Positions 9,563 to 19,206 of a stretch of 64,000 nt of DNA are shown piece by piece. Every line of letters starts with the position of its first letter. Within the stretch, counting starts at the first letter, position 1. Origin of the DNA: an uncultured Gemmatimonadales bacterium (lineage in GTDB: Bacteria; Gemmatimonadota; Gemmatimonadetes; Gemmatimonadales; Gemmatimonadaceae); the NCBI GenBank assembly GCA_963851265.1, contig CAWKNZ010000002.1, forward strand, positions 384,001-448,000, given 5' to 3'. A program made the position numbers and the translations under genes. A model generated the notes under the pieces. The model ran no database searches, was not told where the DNA came from, and was given only the letters and a program-made list of their open reading frames with translations.

Positions 9563-12063
9563 CAGAAGGCCTCGCCGATCGAAAGGTGGAGCACGAGACG
9601 TCCCGTGATCTTCTTGAAGCCCGAGAGACTGTCGGCCGGGTAGTTGCGGCACCCGACACTCGCCGCGGCGTTGCCGCAGCTGCCCCCGCTCGTGAGCGGG
9701 AGCAGGCGGTAGACGCCGGCGGTGTCCGTGAACTGCGTGATCACCGGGAGGGTCTCGACGAGCTTGGGGCGGATGCCGAGGTCGACGCGGATGGGGCCGA
9801 CCGGAGAGCGGTAGCGCACACCGAAGCCGGGCGTGACGGCGAGCGTGCCCGACGCGAGGTCGCGGAGCGAGCGGTTGCCTAACGCGCCCGCGTCGACGAA
9901 CACCGCGCCGAGGAGCGGCCCGTAGATCGGCACGCGCGCCTCGACGCTCCCCTCGAGCAGCGCGGAGCCGCCGAGCGCGCGCGGCGTGAAGTAGCTGTCG
10001 CCGAGCACGGTGCGCCGTTCGGCGAAGCACTCGCGCAGCACGGGCTCGCTGTTCGGGTTGGTCGACGCGGCGGCGGCCTGGCACGCGTACGTGGTCACCG
10101 ACTGGCCGTTGACCGTCGCCGTCGACACGCCGAGCACGTCGGCGGGCGAGACGGTGAGGGTGCGCGGGCCGAGCTGGTTCTCGCCGTAGCCCCGCACGCT
10201 CTGCGCGCCGCCGGCGTAGAAGCGCACCTGCGGCGGCAGCACGCCGTTGGCGGCGGTGGCGCCGATGGCCGCCACGTAGCCGGCGCGCAGCCGCGCGGCG
10301 AGCGTGACCCGCGGGAACGCCGGCGCGGGGTGGTACGCCGCGACCTCGGCGAACACGCGATTGTACTTGAAGTCCGAGAGGGTGAACGCCGACGCGTGCT
10401 CGAGCGTCAGCTGCCCCTGCGTGCCGCGCGTGGGCTCGAGCGGGTCGTCCGTGCGCGAGAACGACGCGACGCCCGAGAGCGGCGACAGCTTCTTCTGGCT
10501 CTGCAGCACGCCGATGGTGGGCGCGTCGCAGACGCCGAAGTTGACGCAGAAGTACACGTCGCCGGCCTGCACGCGCGAGAGCGCGAAGCGGTAGTTGAGC
10601 GAGACGGGCACGTTGTCGAGCACGCGCCGGGTGAAGCTGACGTTGGCCCCCTGCGACTGGTCGACGTACACGCCCGGCGACGAGCGGCGGCTCGCGAACA
10701 CGCCGAGTCCGAGCGTGTTGCGCGGCGAGCCGAAGTACTGCTGCTGCACGTTCACGCCCACGTTGTACGTGGGCAGGAAGAACGTCGCGTCGCGGTTGCC
10801 CGGGATCTTGCTGGACTGAAACGGGTTCTGGAACGCGCCCGGCAGCGCGCGGTAGAGCCCCTTCGAGCCGAGGTTGCCGATCACGGCCTGCACGTCGAGC
10901 CGGCGCGAGGTGCCCGTGAAGTAGTTGTGCGTGAAGCGCCCTTCGGCCTGGAAGAAGTCGGCCGTGTTGAACCCGAAGCTCGTGCGCGCCTCGCGCAGCG
11001 GCGCCTCGGTCACGCAGATCGCGAGCGCCTTGGTGCTGTCGCTCGTGGCGGCCGCCGGGGCCGCGGGACGGGCCAGCCCGGCGGCCTGCGACGCGCACAC
11101 CGTGCGGCCCGTCGCGCTGTCGATCGCGACCGCCGTGTCGATCACCGCGCTGCGGAAGAGCCCCGACTCGTAGAGCGCCCGCTGGCTACGTGCGACCTCG
11201 CTGCGGTGAAACAGGTCGCCGGGCTTGAGCGTGATCGCGTCGCGGATGGTCCGGTCCTTGACCTCACGCTGCGCGCCGTTGCGGACGATGTCGATGCGCG
11301 AGATCGGCGTGAGCGGGCCCGGCGTCACCGGCACGAGCACGTCGGCGAGGTGCGTGGCGGTGTCGATCCGGATGCGCGCGCGCGTCACGACGGCGTTGCC
11401 GTACCCGTCCTCGAAGTACGCGTCCCGCACCGCGGCGACGGTCGAGTCGAGGCGGATCGTGTTGAGCGGCAGTCCGGGCTTGGGGGCGAGCAGGCCCGCG
11501 AGCTCCTTGGGGGTGACGGTCGTGCGCGGCGCGGCAACGCCCGGGCCGCCGGGGACGGCCGCCGTGTCGCCGACGGCGATCGTCCGCACCCGCGTCGGCG
11601 TGCCCTCGCGCACGGTGAACGTGACGGCGACCTCGCGGCGGTTCAGCCGCGTGACCGCCGTGTCGACCTGTGCGTCCCGCCAGCCGCGCTTGTAGTAGAA
11701 GACGAGCACGCGCACGACGTCGCGCGCGAGTTCGGTCCGGTCGAGGTACTGCCGCTGATAGATGTAAGGCGACTTCGAGAACAGGCAGAACGGCCGGAAG
11801 ATCAGCTGCAGGCACTGCGAGGCCTGCGTCGCGACCGCCGCCGAGAGCGCGGACGCGGGCACCGCGTGCACGCCGACGAAGCGCACGTCGCGCACCTCGG
11901 CGCGATCGGTCCGCGAGCGCAGGTCGCGCGCCGGTTGCGCCGACGCGGAGCGCACCGTCGCGGTGACAGCGCCGAGCGCGAGCACGGAGGACGCGAGTCC
12001 GGCGTGCGCGAGCGCGAAGACCGTCCGGGAGCGAGACGCCCGGGCGGGGAAGTGCATGACCAT
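9562..12063 (-). CDS. tamA: BamA/TamA (Omp85) family outer-membrane protein
   Basis: Signal peptide, POTRA-like repeats (YYKRGWRDAQV, LYESGLFRSA), RFYAGGAQSVRGY, GFGVRYRSPVGPIRVDLG, C-terminal LSIGEAF. Start approximate. Confidence 0.9.
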   Translation of the reverse strand: MVMHFPARASRSRTVFALAHAGLASSVLALGAVTATVRSASAQPARDLRSRTDRAEVRDVRFVGVHAVPASALSAAVATQASQCLQLIFRPFCLFSKSPYIYQRQYLDRTELARDVVRVLVFYYKRGWRDAQVDTAVTRLNRREVAVTFTVREGTPTRVRTIAVGDTAAVPGGPGVAAPRTTVTPKELAGLLAPKPGLPLNTIRLDSTVAAVRDAYFEDGYGNAVVTRARIRIDTATHLADVLVPVTPGPLTPISRIDIVRNGAQREVKDRTIRDAITLKPGDLFHRSEVARSQRALYESGLFRSAVIDTAVAIDSATGRTVCASQAAGLARPAAPAAATSDSTKALAICVTEAPLREARTSFGFNTADFFQAEGRFTHNYFTGTSRRLDVQAVIGNLGSKGLYRALPGAFQNPFQSSKIPGNRDATFFLPTYNVGVNVQQQYFGSPRNTLGLGVFASRRSSPGVYVDQSQGANVSFTRRVLDNVPVSLNYRFALSRVQAGDVYFCVNFGVCDAPTIGVLQSQKKLSPLSGVASFSRTDDPLEPTRGTQGQLTLEHASAFTLSDFKYNRVFAEVAAYHPAPAFPRVTLAARLRAGYVAAIGATAANGVLPPQVRFYAGGAQSVRGYGENQLGPRTLTVSPADVLGVSTATVNGQSVTTYACQAAAASTNPNSEPVLRECFAERRTVLGDSYFTPRALGGSALLEGSVEARVPIYGPLLGAVFVDAGALGNRSLRDLASGTLAVTPGFGVRYRSPVGPIRVDLGIRPKLVETLPVITQFTDTAGVYRLLPLTSGGSCGNAAASVGCRNYPADSLSGFKKITGRLVLHLSIGEAF

Positions 12064-12309
12064 GAGGAATTCGGCTGAGCGGACGGCGCGCCGGACGGGC
12101 GGGTCGGGAACGGCTCGGCTCGGCTCGACTGACGGCAGCGGCCGGCCGGACCACGCCCAAGCTACACCCGGCGCCCCGCGTCCCCGTACGCCTGGCACGC
12201 GGTCGCTGGCGCCGTGCGGCCTCTTGCGAGCCCGCGGTCCGCGTCGCACGCTACGTGCCCCCGACGCAGTCCTGCTCAGCAGCCTCACCAGCGACCCGAC
12301 CAGGAGCGC

Positions 12310-14436
12310 ATGATGCGAGCGTACGGCAGTGCGGAGATTCGGAACGTGGCGGTCGTCGGCCACGGCGCGAGTGGGAAGACGAGTCTCGTGGACGCCCTCT
12401 GCTTCGCGAGCGGCACGAGCAAACGCCGCGGTTCGGTGACCGCGGGTACGGCCCTCACGGATTTCACCCCCGAGGAGGCGGAGCGCGGCTTCTCGATCAC
12501 CCTCGGCTGCGCGGCGGCCGAGTGGGCCGGGTGCAAGGTCAACCTGCTCGACACGCCCGGCTACCACGACTTCGCCGGCGATGCGATGGCGGGCGTGGCG
12601 GCCGCGGACGGGGTGCTGCTGGTGGTGAGCGCGGCCGGCGGCGGCGCGGACGGCGCCGGGCTGCCGGTGGGCGCGGAGCGGATGTTCCGCGAGGCCGTCC
12701 GGCGGGACGACCCGGTGCTCGTCGCCGTGACGATGCTCGACAAGGAGCAGGCCGACTTCGACGCGACCTACCGCGGGCTGCGCGAGCGCCTGTCGCCGAA
12801 AGTGGTGCCGGTCGAGGTGCCGTTAGGCGAGGGCGCGGGGCTGCGCGGGGTGATGAACCTGTTCACGGGCCGGGCGTACGTCTACCACGAGGGCGGCCGC
12901 GCGGGCGAGTACGACGAGGTGGACGTGCCCGCGGCGGCGCGCCCGGCGTTCGACCGCTACCGCGCGGCGCTCATCGAGGCGGTGGCGGCCACCGACGACG
13001 CGCTGCTCGAGCGCTACCTCGACGGCGCCGAGCTGGGCCGCGACGAGGCGATCGGCGGGCTCAAGGAGGCCATGAAGCGCGGCGACCTGTACCCGCTGTT
13101 CGCCGTGAGCGCCGAGCGGATGATCGGCGTGCGCGCGCTGCTCGCCGAACTGGTCCAGTTGATGCCGAGTGCGTACGAAATGGAGGAGCTGCACGCGTTC
13201 ACCGGCGCGGAGGGGGGCGCGACGGTCGAGATCCACGCGGGCGACGACCGCCCGTTCGCCGCGCTCGTCTTCAAGACGCACCACGAGCCGCACCTGGGCG
13301 ACGTGAGCTACTTCCGCGTGCTGCAGGGGAGCGTCGAGGCGGGGCAGGAGGTGTTCAACGCGACGCGCGGCGTGGTCGAGAAGCTCGCGCATCTCGCGGT
13401 GCCGTGCGGGCGCGACCGGCTCGAGGTGCCGCGGCTGCACGCGGGCGACGTGGGCTGCGTGGCGAAGCTGCGCAACACGCACACCAACGACACGCTCTCC
13501 ACGCGCGAGCACCCCGTGCGCCTGCCGGCGATCGCGTTCCCCGAGCCGGCGGTGCACTTCGCCGTGCACGCCGAGCAGCGCGACGCGGAGGAGAAGCTGC
13601 AGCACGGGCTGCACCGCCTGCACGACGAGGACCCGACGTTCACCGTCTCGTACCAGCCCGAGACGCACGAGACCGTCGTCGGCGGCATGGGGGAGCGGCA
13701 CCTGGAGGTGCAGCTCGCGCGGCTCAGGCGCAAGCACGGCGTGTCGGCGGCGCTCGCGCGCCCGACGATCGCCTACCGCGAGACGATCACGGCGAGCGAG
13801 CGGGCGCAGGGGCGGCACAAGAAGCAGACCGGGGGCAAGGGGCAGTTCGGCGACGCGTGGGTGCGCCTCGCGCCGCTGCCGCGCGGGGAGGGCTACCTGT
13901 TCGAGGACCGGATCGTGGGCGGCGCGATCCCCTCGAAGTACATCCCCGCGGTCGACAAGGGGGTGCAGGAGGCCGCGGCGCGCGGCGTGCTCGCGGGCTT
14001 CCCGCTCGTCGACTTCCGCGTCGAGCTGGTCGACGGCTCGTACCACTCGGTCGACTCGAGCGAGCAGGCGTTCCGCATGGCGGGGATCCTCGCCTTTCGC
14101 GCGGGGGCGGCGAAGTGCCGCCCGGTGCTGCTCGAACCGCTCGACGTGCTGGAGGTCACCACGCCCGACCACTTCCTCGGCGACGTGTTAGGCGAGCTGT
14201 CGGGGCGACGCGGGCAGATCCTCGGCACCGAGCGGGGCGAGCACGGCACGCGCGTGCGCGCCCTGGTGCCGCAGGCGGAGCTGCACCTGTTCGCCACGCA
14301 GCTGCACTCGCTGACGCACGGGCGCGGCGAGTTCGTGCGGCGCGCGGGCGGGTACGAGCGGGCGCCGGCCGAGGTGGAACGCAAGATCGTCGCGGAGCAC
14401 GCGAAGCGGCGCGACGAGCTGATGCAGGGAGTTTGA
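12310..14436 (+). CDS. fusA2: Elongation factor G paralogue (EF-G2-like)
   Basis: IRNVAVVGHGASGKTS, NLLDTPGY, GMGERHLE, HKKQTGGKGQFG, DGSYHSVDSS, LLEP. AGGAG RBS. Confidence 0.92.
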   Translation: MMRAYGSAEIRNVAVVGHGASGKTSLVDALCFASGTSKRRGSVTAGTALTDFTPEEAERGFSITLGCAAAEWAGCKVNLLDTPGYHDFAGDAMAGVAAADGVLLVVSAAGGGADGAGLPVGAERMFREAVRRDDPVLVAVTMLDKEQADFDATYRGLRERLSPKVVPVEVPLGEGAGLRGVMNLFTGRAYVYHEGGRAGEYDEVDVPAAARPAFDRYRAALIEAVAATDDALLERYLDGAELGRDEAIGGLKEAMKRGDLYPLFAVSAERMIGVRALLAELVQLMPSAYEMEELHAFTGAEGGATVEIHAGDDRPFAALVFKTHHEPHLGDVSYFRVLQGSVEAGQEVFNATRGVVEKLAHLAVPCGRDRLEVPRLHAGDVGCVAKLRNTHTNDTLSTREHPVRLPAIAFPEPAVHFAVHAEQRDAEEKLQHGLHRLHDEDPTFTVSYQPETHETVVGGMGERHLEVQLARLRRKHGVSAALARPTIAYRETITASERAQGRHKKQTGGKGQFGDAWVRLAPLPRGEGYLFEDRIVGGAIPSKYIPAVDKGVQEAAARGVLAGFPLVDFRVELVDGSYHSVDSSEQAFRMAGILAFRAGAAKCRPVLLEPLDVLEVTTPDHFLGDVLGELSGRRGQILGTERGEHGTRVRALVPQAELHLFATQLHSLTHGRGEFVRRAGGYERAPAEVERKIVAEHAKRRDELMQGV

Positions 14437-14437
14437 C

Positions 14438-14470
14438 GGCCGGGGGCGCGCGGCGCGCGCGCCCCCGGCC
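14438..14470. terminator. 15-bp-stem hairpin between convergent fusA2 and thyX
   Basis: GGCCGGGGGCGCGCG-GCG-CGCGCGCCCCCGGCC. Confidence 0.65.
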
Positions 14471-14476
14471 CGCCGC

Positions 14477-15226
14477 TCACACCTTCGAGTGGGCGACCCG
14501 CAGCGCCTCGCGACGGTCGGCGGCCTCGTACACGGTGAAGTCGCCGAAGAACGCGGGCGCGGCGTCCTGCAGCACGCGGAGCGCCGCGACCGCCAGGCGG
14601 CGGATCTCCAGCTCCGCGGCCTCGCCGCCGCGCATCTCGAGGATCGCCCGCCACGCGCGCGCGTTGGCGGTGAAGAGGATCTTGGTCTCGGTCGAGTTGG
14701 GCAGCACGCCGCGCGCGGCCTCGCGCGCCATCTTGCGGCGGTGGACCTTGTCGTCCACCCACCGGTAGCGCTCCATCAACCGCTCGACGAGCGCGACGTA
14801 GCTCGCCTGCGCGGCGTCGACCTGCGCCCGCCACGCGCCTTCGAGTTCGGCGTCGCCGATGATCGCGGGGGGGACGACGAAGTTGGCCTCGCTCTCGTCG
14901 ACGTAGCGCTGCGACAGCTGGCTCATCGCGGTGCCGGCGCGGTGCCGCACGAGCTCGTGCGTCAGCGAACGGCTCACGCCTTCGAACAGCAGGCCGTACG
15001 TCGCGTGCTCGAGCACCGAGCCGTGGCGCTGGCGTTTGATGTTCTCCAGGTACTCGCCCGTGGTGCGCCCGGCCGGGTTGTGCTGCGACATGTAGCAGAG
15101 CCGCCCCGCGAACTCGGCGAGGCGCTCCCCGTCGGTGCCGTCGCCCTGCCAGGCGACCGGAAGGTGGGCGGGCTCGACGAACTGCGGGCGGGCGACGAGG
15201 GTGACGACTGGTGCGGTGTAGAGCAC
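14477..15226 (-). CDS. thyX: FAD-dependent thymidylate synthase
   Basis: AGRLCYMS, HGSVLEH, SRSLTHELVRHR..SQLSQRYV (ThyX motif), AREAARGVLP, EIR. GTG start inferred. Confidence 0.95.
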   Translation of the reverse strand: MLYTAPVVTLVARPQFVEPAHLPVAWQGDGTDGERLAEFAGRLCYMSQHNPAGRTTGEYLENIKRQRHGSVLEHATYGLLFEGVSRSLTHELVRHRAGTAMSQLSQRYVDESEANFVVPPAIIGDAELEGAWRAQVDAAQASYVALVERLMERYRWVDDKVHRRKMAREAARGVLPNSTETKILFTANARAWRAILEMRGGEAAELEIRRLAVAALRVLQDAAPAFFGDFTVYEAADRREALRVAHSKV

Positions 15227-15343
15227 GGCGGAAACGCGGGTCGGGGCCGGAACGCTGCGGGACGGCAAGCTAACCGCGGCGCGCGACGGGACGGCGGCCG
15301 CGGCGCGCGGCCGCGGCTCGCGGCCACCGCCGGCGGCCACCGC

Positions 15344-15799
15344 CTACCGCCCGACCGCGATGAGCAGGCGCACGCCCCAACTTCCGACGGCCAACACTAC
15401 GGGCAGCAGCGTCAGTCCGACCGCGAACACGTACCCGTAGCGAAAGATCGTCGGCCCCACGACGGCCCACCGCTCGCCGCCCATGCGGCGCGCCCACAGG
15501 TCGGCCGGCGCGCCGGCCGAGTACGCGATGTTGGCGAGCACGGCATACACCAGCACGACCTGCCAGGGCATGCGGACGACGGCCGGGTGGGGCGGCAGGG
15601 CCGCGAAGCCGTAGACGGCCGCGAGCGCGATCAGGCCGGCGGCACCCACGCTGAGGTTGTAGATCGCGCGGCGCGACTCCCACCAGCCGACGACGGCCCA
15701 CGCCGTCGCCGGCCCCCGCACCGGCGCGAAGAACAGGCGCCGGACGGCGCCGTCGTAGTGCCCACTGGCCCGTGCTGCCCACTCTGCGTGCGCGCTCAT
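15344..15799 (-). CDS. Hypothetical membrane protein (about 3 TM)
   Basis: Hydrophobic segments, WWESRRAIYN, ANIAYS. GAGG RBS; co-oriented with neighbours. Confidence 0.7.
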   Translation of the reverse strand: MSAHAEWAARASGHYDGAVRRLFFAPVRGPATAWAVVGWWESRRAIYNLSVGAAGLIALAAVYGFAALPPHPAVVRMPWQVVLVYAVLANIAYSAGAPADLWARRMGGERWAVVGPTIFRYGYVFAVGLTLLPVVLAVGSWGVRLLIAVGR

Positions 15800-15876
15800 G
15801 CGACGACCTCGGCGAAGGTGGAGAACGACGCCGGTATGGTACACGAATTACTTCGTGTCGTAAAGTCGCATCCCGG

Positions 15877-17565
15877 CTATCCGTCGCCGCCGACCCCCCC
15901 GTCGAGCGCCCCCGCGTCGAGCAGATCGAGCCGCGGCGTCGCGTACGCGCGACGCGCAGCCACGTGGGCCAGCGCGCGCCGCGCGCCGGGCGGCAATGCC
16001 GGGAGCGCCGGGTCGTACTTGATCGCGCCGAGCGCGGTCTGACCGGCGACCGGCACCTTGACGCCCGGGTTGAGCACGCCGGCCGGGTCGCACGCGCGCT
16101 TCACCTCGGCGAACAGCGCGCGCGCCTCGGGCGACCACGTGCGGTCGAGCACCGGCGTGCGGAGCCGCCCGTCGCCGTGCTCCCCCGCGAGCGTGCCGCC
16201 CAACGACGCGGTGAGCGCGCCGACCTCGTCGAAGAGCGCGGCGACGCGGTCGCGCCACCCCGGCGCGCGCGTGTCGACCAGCGGGTTCACGTGCGCGTGT
16301 GCGTCGCCCGCGTGGCCGAAGATCACCCCGCGCACCCCCTGGCGCGCGAGCGCTGCGCGCACGCCGCGCACGTACTCGGGGAGCCGCCCCGGCGGCACGC
16401 ACCCGTCCTCGATGAACTGCATCGACGCGAGCGCCGGGTCGAGCCGGGCGAGGATCGGGCTCGCCGCGTGGCGCAGCTCCCAGAGCACGTGCTCGGCGGC
16501 GGGGTCGACGGCGAGCGACACCGAGGCCGCCCCGGCTGCCCGGAACGCCGCGCCCAATGCCTCCGCGCCCGCGCGCGCCGCCGCCGCGTCCTCCCCCTCG
16601 ACCTCGGCGAGCAGCACCGCTTCGGGCACGGTGCCGTCGACGGCGCGCGCCACGTCGGGCAGCGCGCCGCCCTCCGCCGCGACGTCGAGGAACGTCCGGT
16701 CGAGCAGCTCGCACGCGGCCGCGCCCGCGTCGCGCGCCCGTTCGGCCCCGTCGACCGCGGCCTCGAGCGACGGGAACGCGCCTAACGCACTCGCCGTCGC
16801 GCCGGGCAGGGCCCCGAGCGCGAGCTCGACACCGACGAACAGGGCGAGCGTGCCCTCGCTCCCGACCAGGAGGTCGACCAGCTCGCCGGTGCGCGCCCAT
16901 TCGGCCAGCGCGTACCCCGACGACTCCTTGCGCGTCGCGTGCGCGAGCGGGGCTCCCGCGGCGAGCGCGGCCCGGACGCGCGGGAGCACGACGTCCAGCA
17001 GACGGGTCAGGGCGGGAACGTGCGTCGGCGCCTCCGCGCCGCGGCGGACCACCGCGCGCGACCCGTCGGCGAACACGCAGTCGAGCGCGGTCACCCACGA
17101 GCGCATCGCGCCGTGGCGCAGCGTGTGTGCGCCCGCGGCGTTGGTCGACGCCATGCCGCCCACCGTGGCCCACGCCCAGCTCGACGGGTCGACGGGGAAG
17201 CGGAGGCCCGCGGCGCGCGCCGCCGCGTCGACCGCCGCGCCGCTCACGCCGGGCCCGCACCACACGCGCCGCGCCGCGGCGTCGACTCCGCCTAACGTCG
17301 CGAGGCGGCCGAGGTCGACCACCAGGCCGTCGCCGACGGCGCCGCCCGCCATGCTGCTCCCCGCGCCGCGCGGGATGAGCGGCGTGCCCGTGACCGACGC
17401 CCAGCGCGCGAGCGTGCGCACGTCGTCGGCGTCGGCCGGCACCGCGGCGGCGCGCGGCAGCGCGCGCGCGATGCCGGCCGCCTCGCTGTACACGGCCCGC
17501 GCCTCGTCGTCGGCGCGCCAGACGCCGCGGAAACCCGGCGGGGGGGTGGGCGCGATCTCGGCCAT
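15877..17565 (-). CDS. FAD-binding oxidoreductase (GlcD / FAD-linked oxidase family)
   Basis: PRGAGSSMAGG, FPVDPSS, GSEGTL, GHAGDAHAH, GEHGDG, LNPG. Confidence 0.9.
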   Translation of the reverse strand: MAEIAPTPPPGFRGVWRADDEARAVYSEAAGIARALPRAAAVPADADDVRTLARWASVTGTPLIPRGAGSSMAGGAVGDGLVVDLGRLATLGGVDAAARRVWCGPGVSGAAVDAAARAAGLRFPVDPSSWAWATVGGMASTNAAGAHTLRHGAMRSWVTALDCVFADGSRAVVRRGAEAPTHVPALTRLLDVVLPRVRAALAAGAPLAHATRKESSGYALAEWARTGELVDLLVGSEGTLALFVGVELALGALPGATASALGAFPSLEAAVDGAERARDAGAAACELLDRTFLDVAAEGGALPDVARAVDGTVPEAVLLAEVEGEDAAAARAGAEALGAAFRAAGAASVSLAVDPAAEHVLWELRHAASPILARLDPALASMQFIEDGCVPPGRLPEYVRGVRAALARQGVRGVIFGHAGDAHAHVNPLVDTRAPGWRDRVAALFDEVGALTASLGGTLAGEHGDGRLRTPVLDRTWSPEARALFAEVKRACDPAGVLNPGVKVPVAGQTALGAIKYDPALPALPPGARRALAHVAARRAYATPRLDLLDAGALDGGVGGDG

Positions 17566-17580
17566 GCGTGTCGTCACCCC

Positions 17581-18303
17581 TTATCCGGGGTGTGCAGCGT
17601 CGGCGGCGCGCGCGCGCCGCAGCGTGCGGACGTCCCACGCCGCCTCGAGCGCCGCGGTCACGAGCCGCGTGAAGCGCGCGAACGCCGCCTCGTCGTCGGC
17701 CGAGTAGTCGGCCCCGTCGGCTCGATCCGACAGTTGCAACAACCCCCAGACCACGCCGTCGCGCCCGACGACGGGCGCGGCCATCCAGCCGCGCATCGGC
17801 GGATGTCTGTCGCGCTCGGTGCCGAAGCCGGTCCACGCGGGGTGCGCGTCGAGTTCGGCGTTCGTGTAGCGCGCGACGCCCGGCAGCCGGTCGACGGCCA
17901 GGGGGAGGCCGGCGGCGCGCGCCCGCTCGGCCGCGTCCCGCAGCAGCCACGCGTGCGTGCCCACGCCCACGGCCGGCGAGCCGTAGTCGGCCCACGCCGC
18001 GTATTTCTCGCTCATCGAGAAATACTTGCGCCCCGTCGACCAGTCACCCGCGACGATGATCGTCGCCGCGGCCTGATGCGAGGGCACCACGCGGCGCGCG
18101 AGGTCGGCCGCGTCGGCCATGATCACGTTCGCGACGGCCACGAACGCGGCGTCGTCGGCGTCGGGGTTCGGCATCGCCGGATTCGGCACGGCGCCGACCG
18201 GATGGTTGTGGTACGTGTTCTGGCCGTAGGGCACGACGCCAGCGGGCACAGCGCCGGCGGCCACAGCGCCGGCGGGCGGGGCGGAAACGTCAGGGGTCGG
18301 CAT
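17581..18303 (-). CDS. Stand-alone GAF-domain protein
   Basis: GAF signature HPPMRGWMAAPVVGRDGVVWGLLQLSDR...YSADDEAAF; no output domain. Confidence 0.8.
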   Translation of the reverse strand: MPTPDVSAPPAGAVAAGAVPAGVVPYGQNTYHNHPVGAVPNPAMPNPDADDAAFVAVANVIMADAADLARRVVPSHQAAATIIVAGDWSTGRKYFSMSEKYAAWADYGSPAVGVGTHAWLLRDAAERARAAGLPLAVDRLPGVARYTNAELDAHPAWTGFGTERDRHPPMRGWMAAPVVGRDGVVWGLLQLSDRADGADYSADDEAAFARFTRLVTAALEAAWDVRTLRRARAADAAHPG

Positions 18304-18374
18304 GCGCTCGCGGGTTGGGCGGTGAGGCGATGCGGAAGCGCGTCCAAGATGTGACGCGTGCCCGCCGTGCGCCC

Positions 18375-19073
18375 TCAGGCGTTCGGGCGACCCGCCTCGA
18401 ACTGCTGGAGCGAGGCGACGAGCATGCGCACCAACTCCTGCCGCAGCGGCGGTCGCTCCGCCGGCGGCAGCGCCTGGACCTGGAAGAGCACCGCGTGCAC
18501 GGTCTCGACCTGCACCCGTGCCGTCACGTGGCGCTGCGCCGCACCGACCCACGGCATGCGCCGCGCGATGAGTGCCTCGACCCGCTCGACCACGGTCGCG
18601 TGCAGCGCGGCGTCGGCCGCGGCCACGGCGCTGCCGGGCGTGTTGGTCGCACCGTACACGTGCCGGTAGGCCGGGTGCGCGTCGCAGAACGCCGCGATCG
18701 GCTCGACGATCCCGCGCATCATCGCGTCGAGCGGCAGGTCGGCCACCTCGGCCGCGAGCACGGTGTCCTTCAGCTGCCCGAACATCGCCACGTAGCGCAT
18801 CGCCAGCGCCTGCACGATCGCGTCGCGGTTGGGGAAGAACTGGTAGAGCGACCCGACGGACGTCTTCGCGCGCGCCGCGATCGCGTTGGTCGACGCGGCC
18901 TCGACGCCGACCTCCCCGATGACCTCGGCGGCGGCGTCGAGGATGCGCTCGATCCGGCGCTGCCCGCGGTCCTGCTGGGGCACGCGGCGAAGCACGCCCG
19001 CGCCGGCCGCCGCGGCGGGCTCGGTCGCGGCGTCGACAGACGCGGTCGGTAACAGGTCGGCCTCCGGACTCAT
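18375..19073 (-). CDS. TetR/AcrR family transcriptional regulator
   Basis: RIERILDAAAEVIGEVGVEAASTNAIAARAKTSVGSLYQFFPNR helix-turn-helix. Confidence 0.93.
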   Translation of the reverse strand: MSPEADLLPTASVDAATEPAAAAGAGVLRRVPQQDRGQRRIERILDAAAEVIGEVGVEAASTNAIAARAKTSVGSLYQFFPNRDAIVQALAMRYVAMFGQLKDTVLAAEVADLPLDAMMRGIVEPIAAFCDAHPAYRHVYGATNTPGSAVAAADAALHATVVERVEALIARRMPWVGAAQRHVTARVQVETVHAVLFQVQALPPAERPPLRQELVRMLVASLQQFEAGRPNA

Positions 19074-19083
19074 CCCATCAATG

Positions 19084-19167
19084 TGAGCGAACACTCGCCT
19101 ATTGACAAGGTGAGCGATAGCTCATATCTAGACGCGAGCAACTGCTCACATGAGCGAACGCTCATGT
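19084..19167. promoter_or_regulatory. Divergent promoter with four TGAGC-N4-GCTCA operator palindromes and a TTGACA -35 box
   Basis: TGAGCGAACACTCG 19084-19097, TGAGCGATAGCTCA 19111-19124, CGAGCAACTGCTCA 19135-19148, TGAGCGAACGCTCA 19151-19164; TTGACA at 19102-19107. Confidence 0.8.
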
Positions 19168-19206
19168 TCGGAATGATGCCGGTCGCCACCCTTCGCCGTT
19201 CCTTCG

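Noticed and set aside
4466..11098. 2210-aa ORF suggesting a giant protein
   Set aside because: The first 512 codons are an off-frame shadow over tamA (Arg/Ala/Pro-rich). The real TamB begins at 9562.
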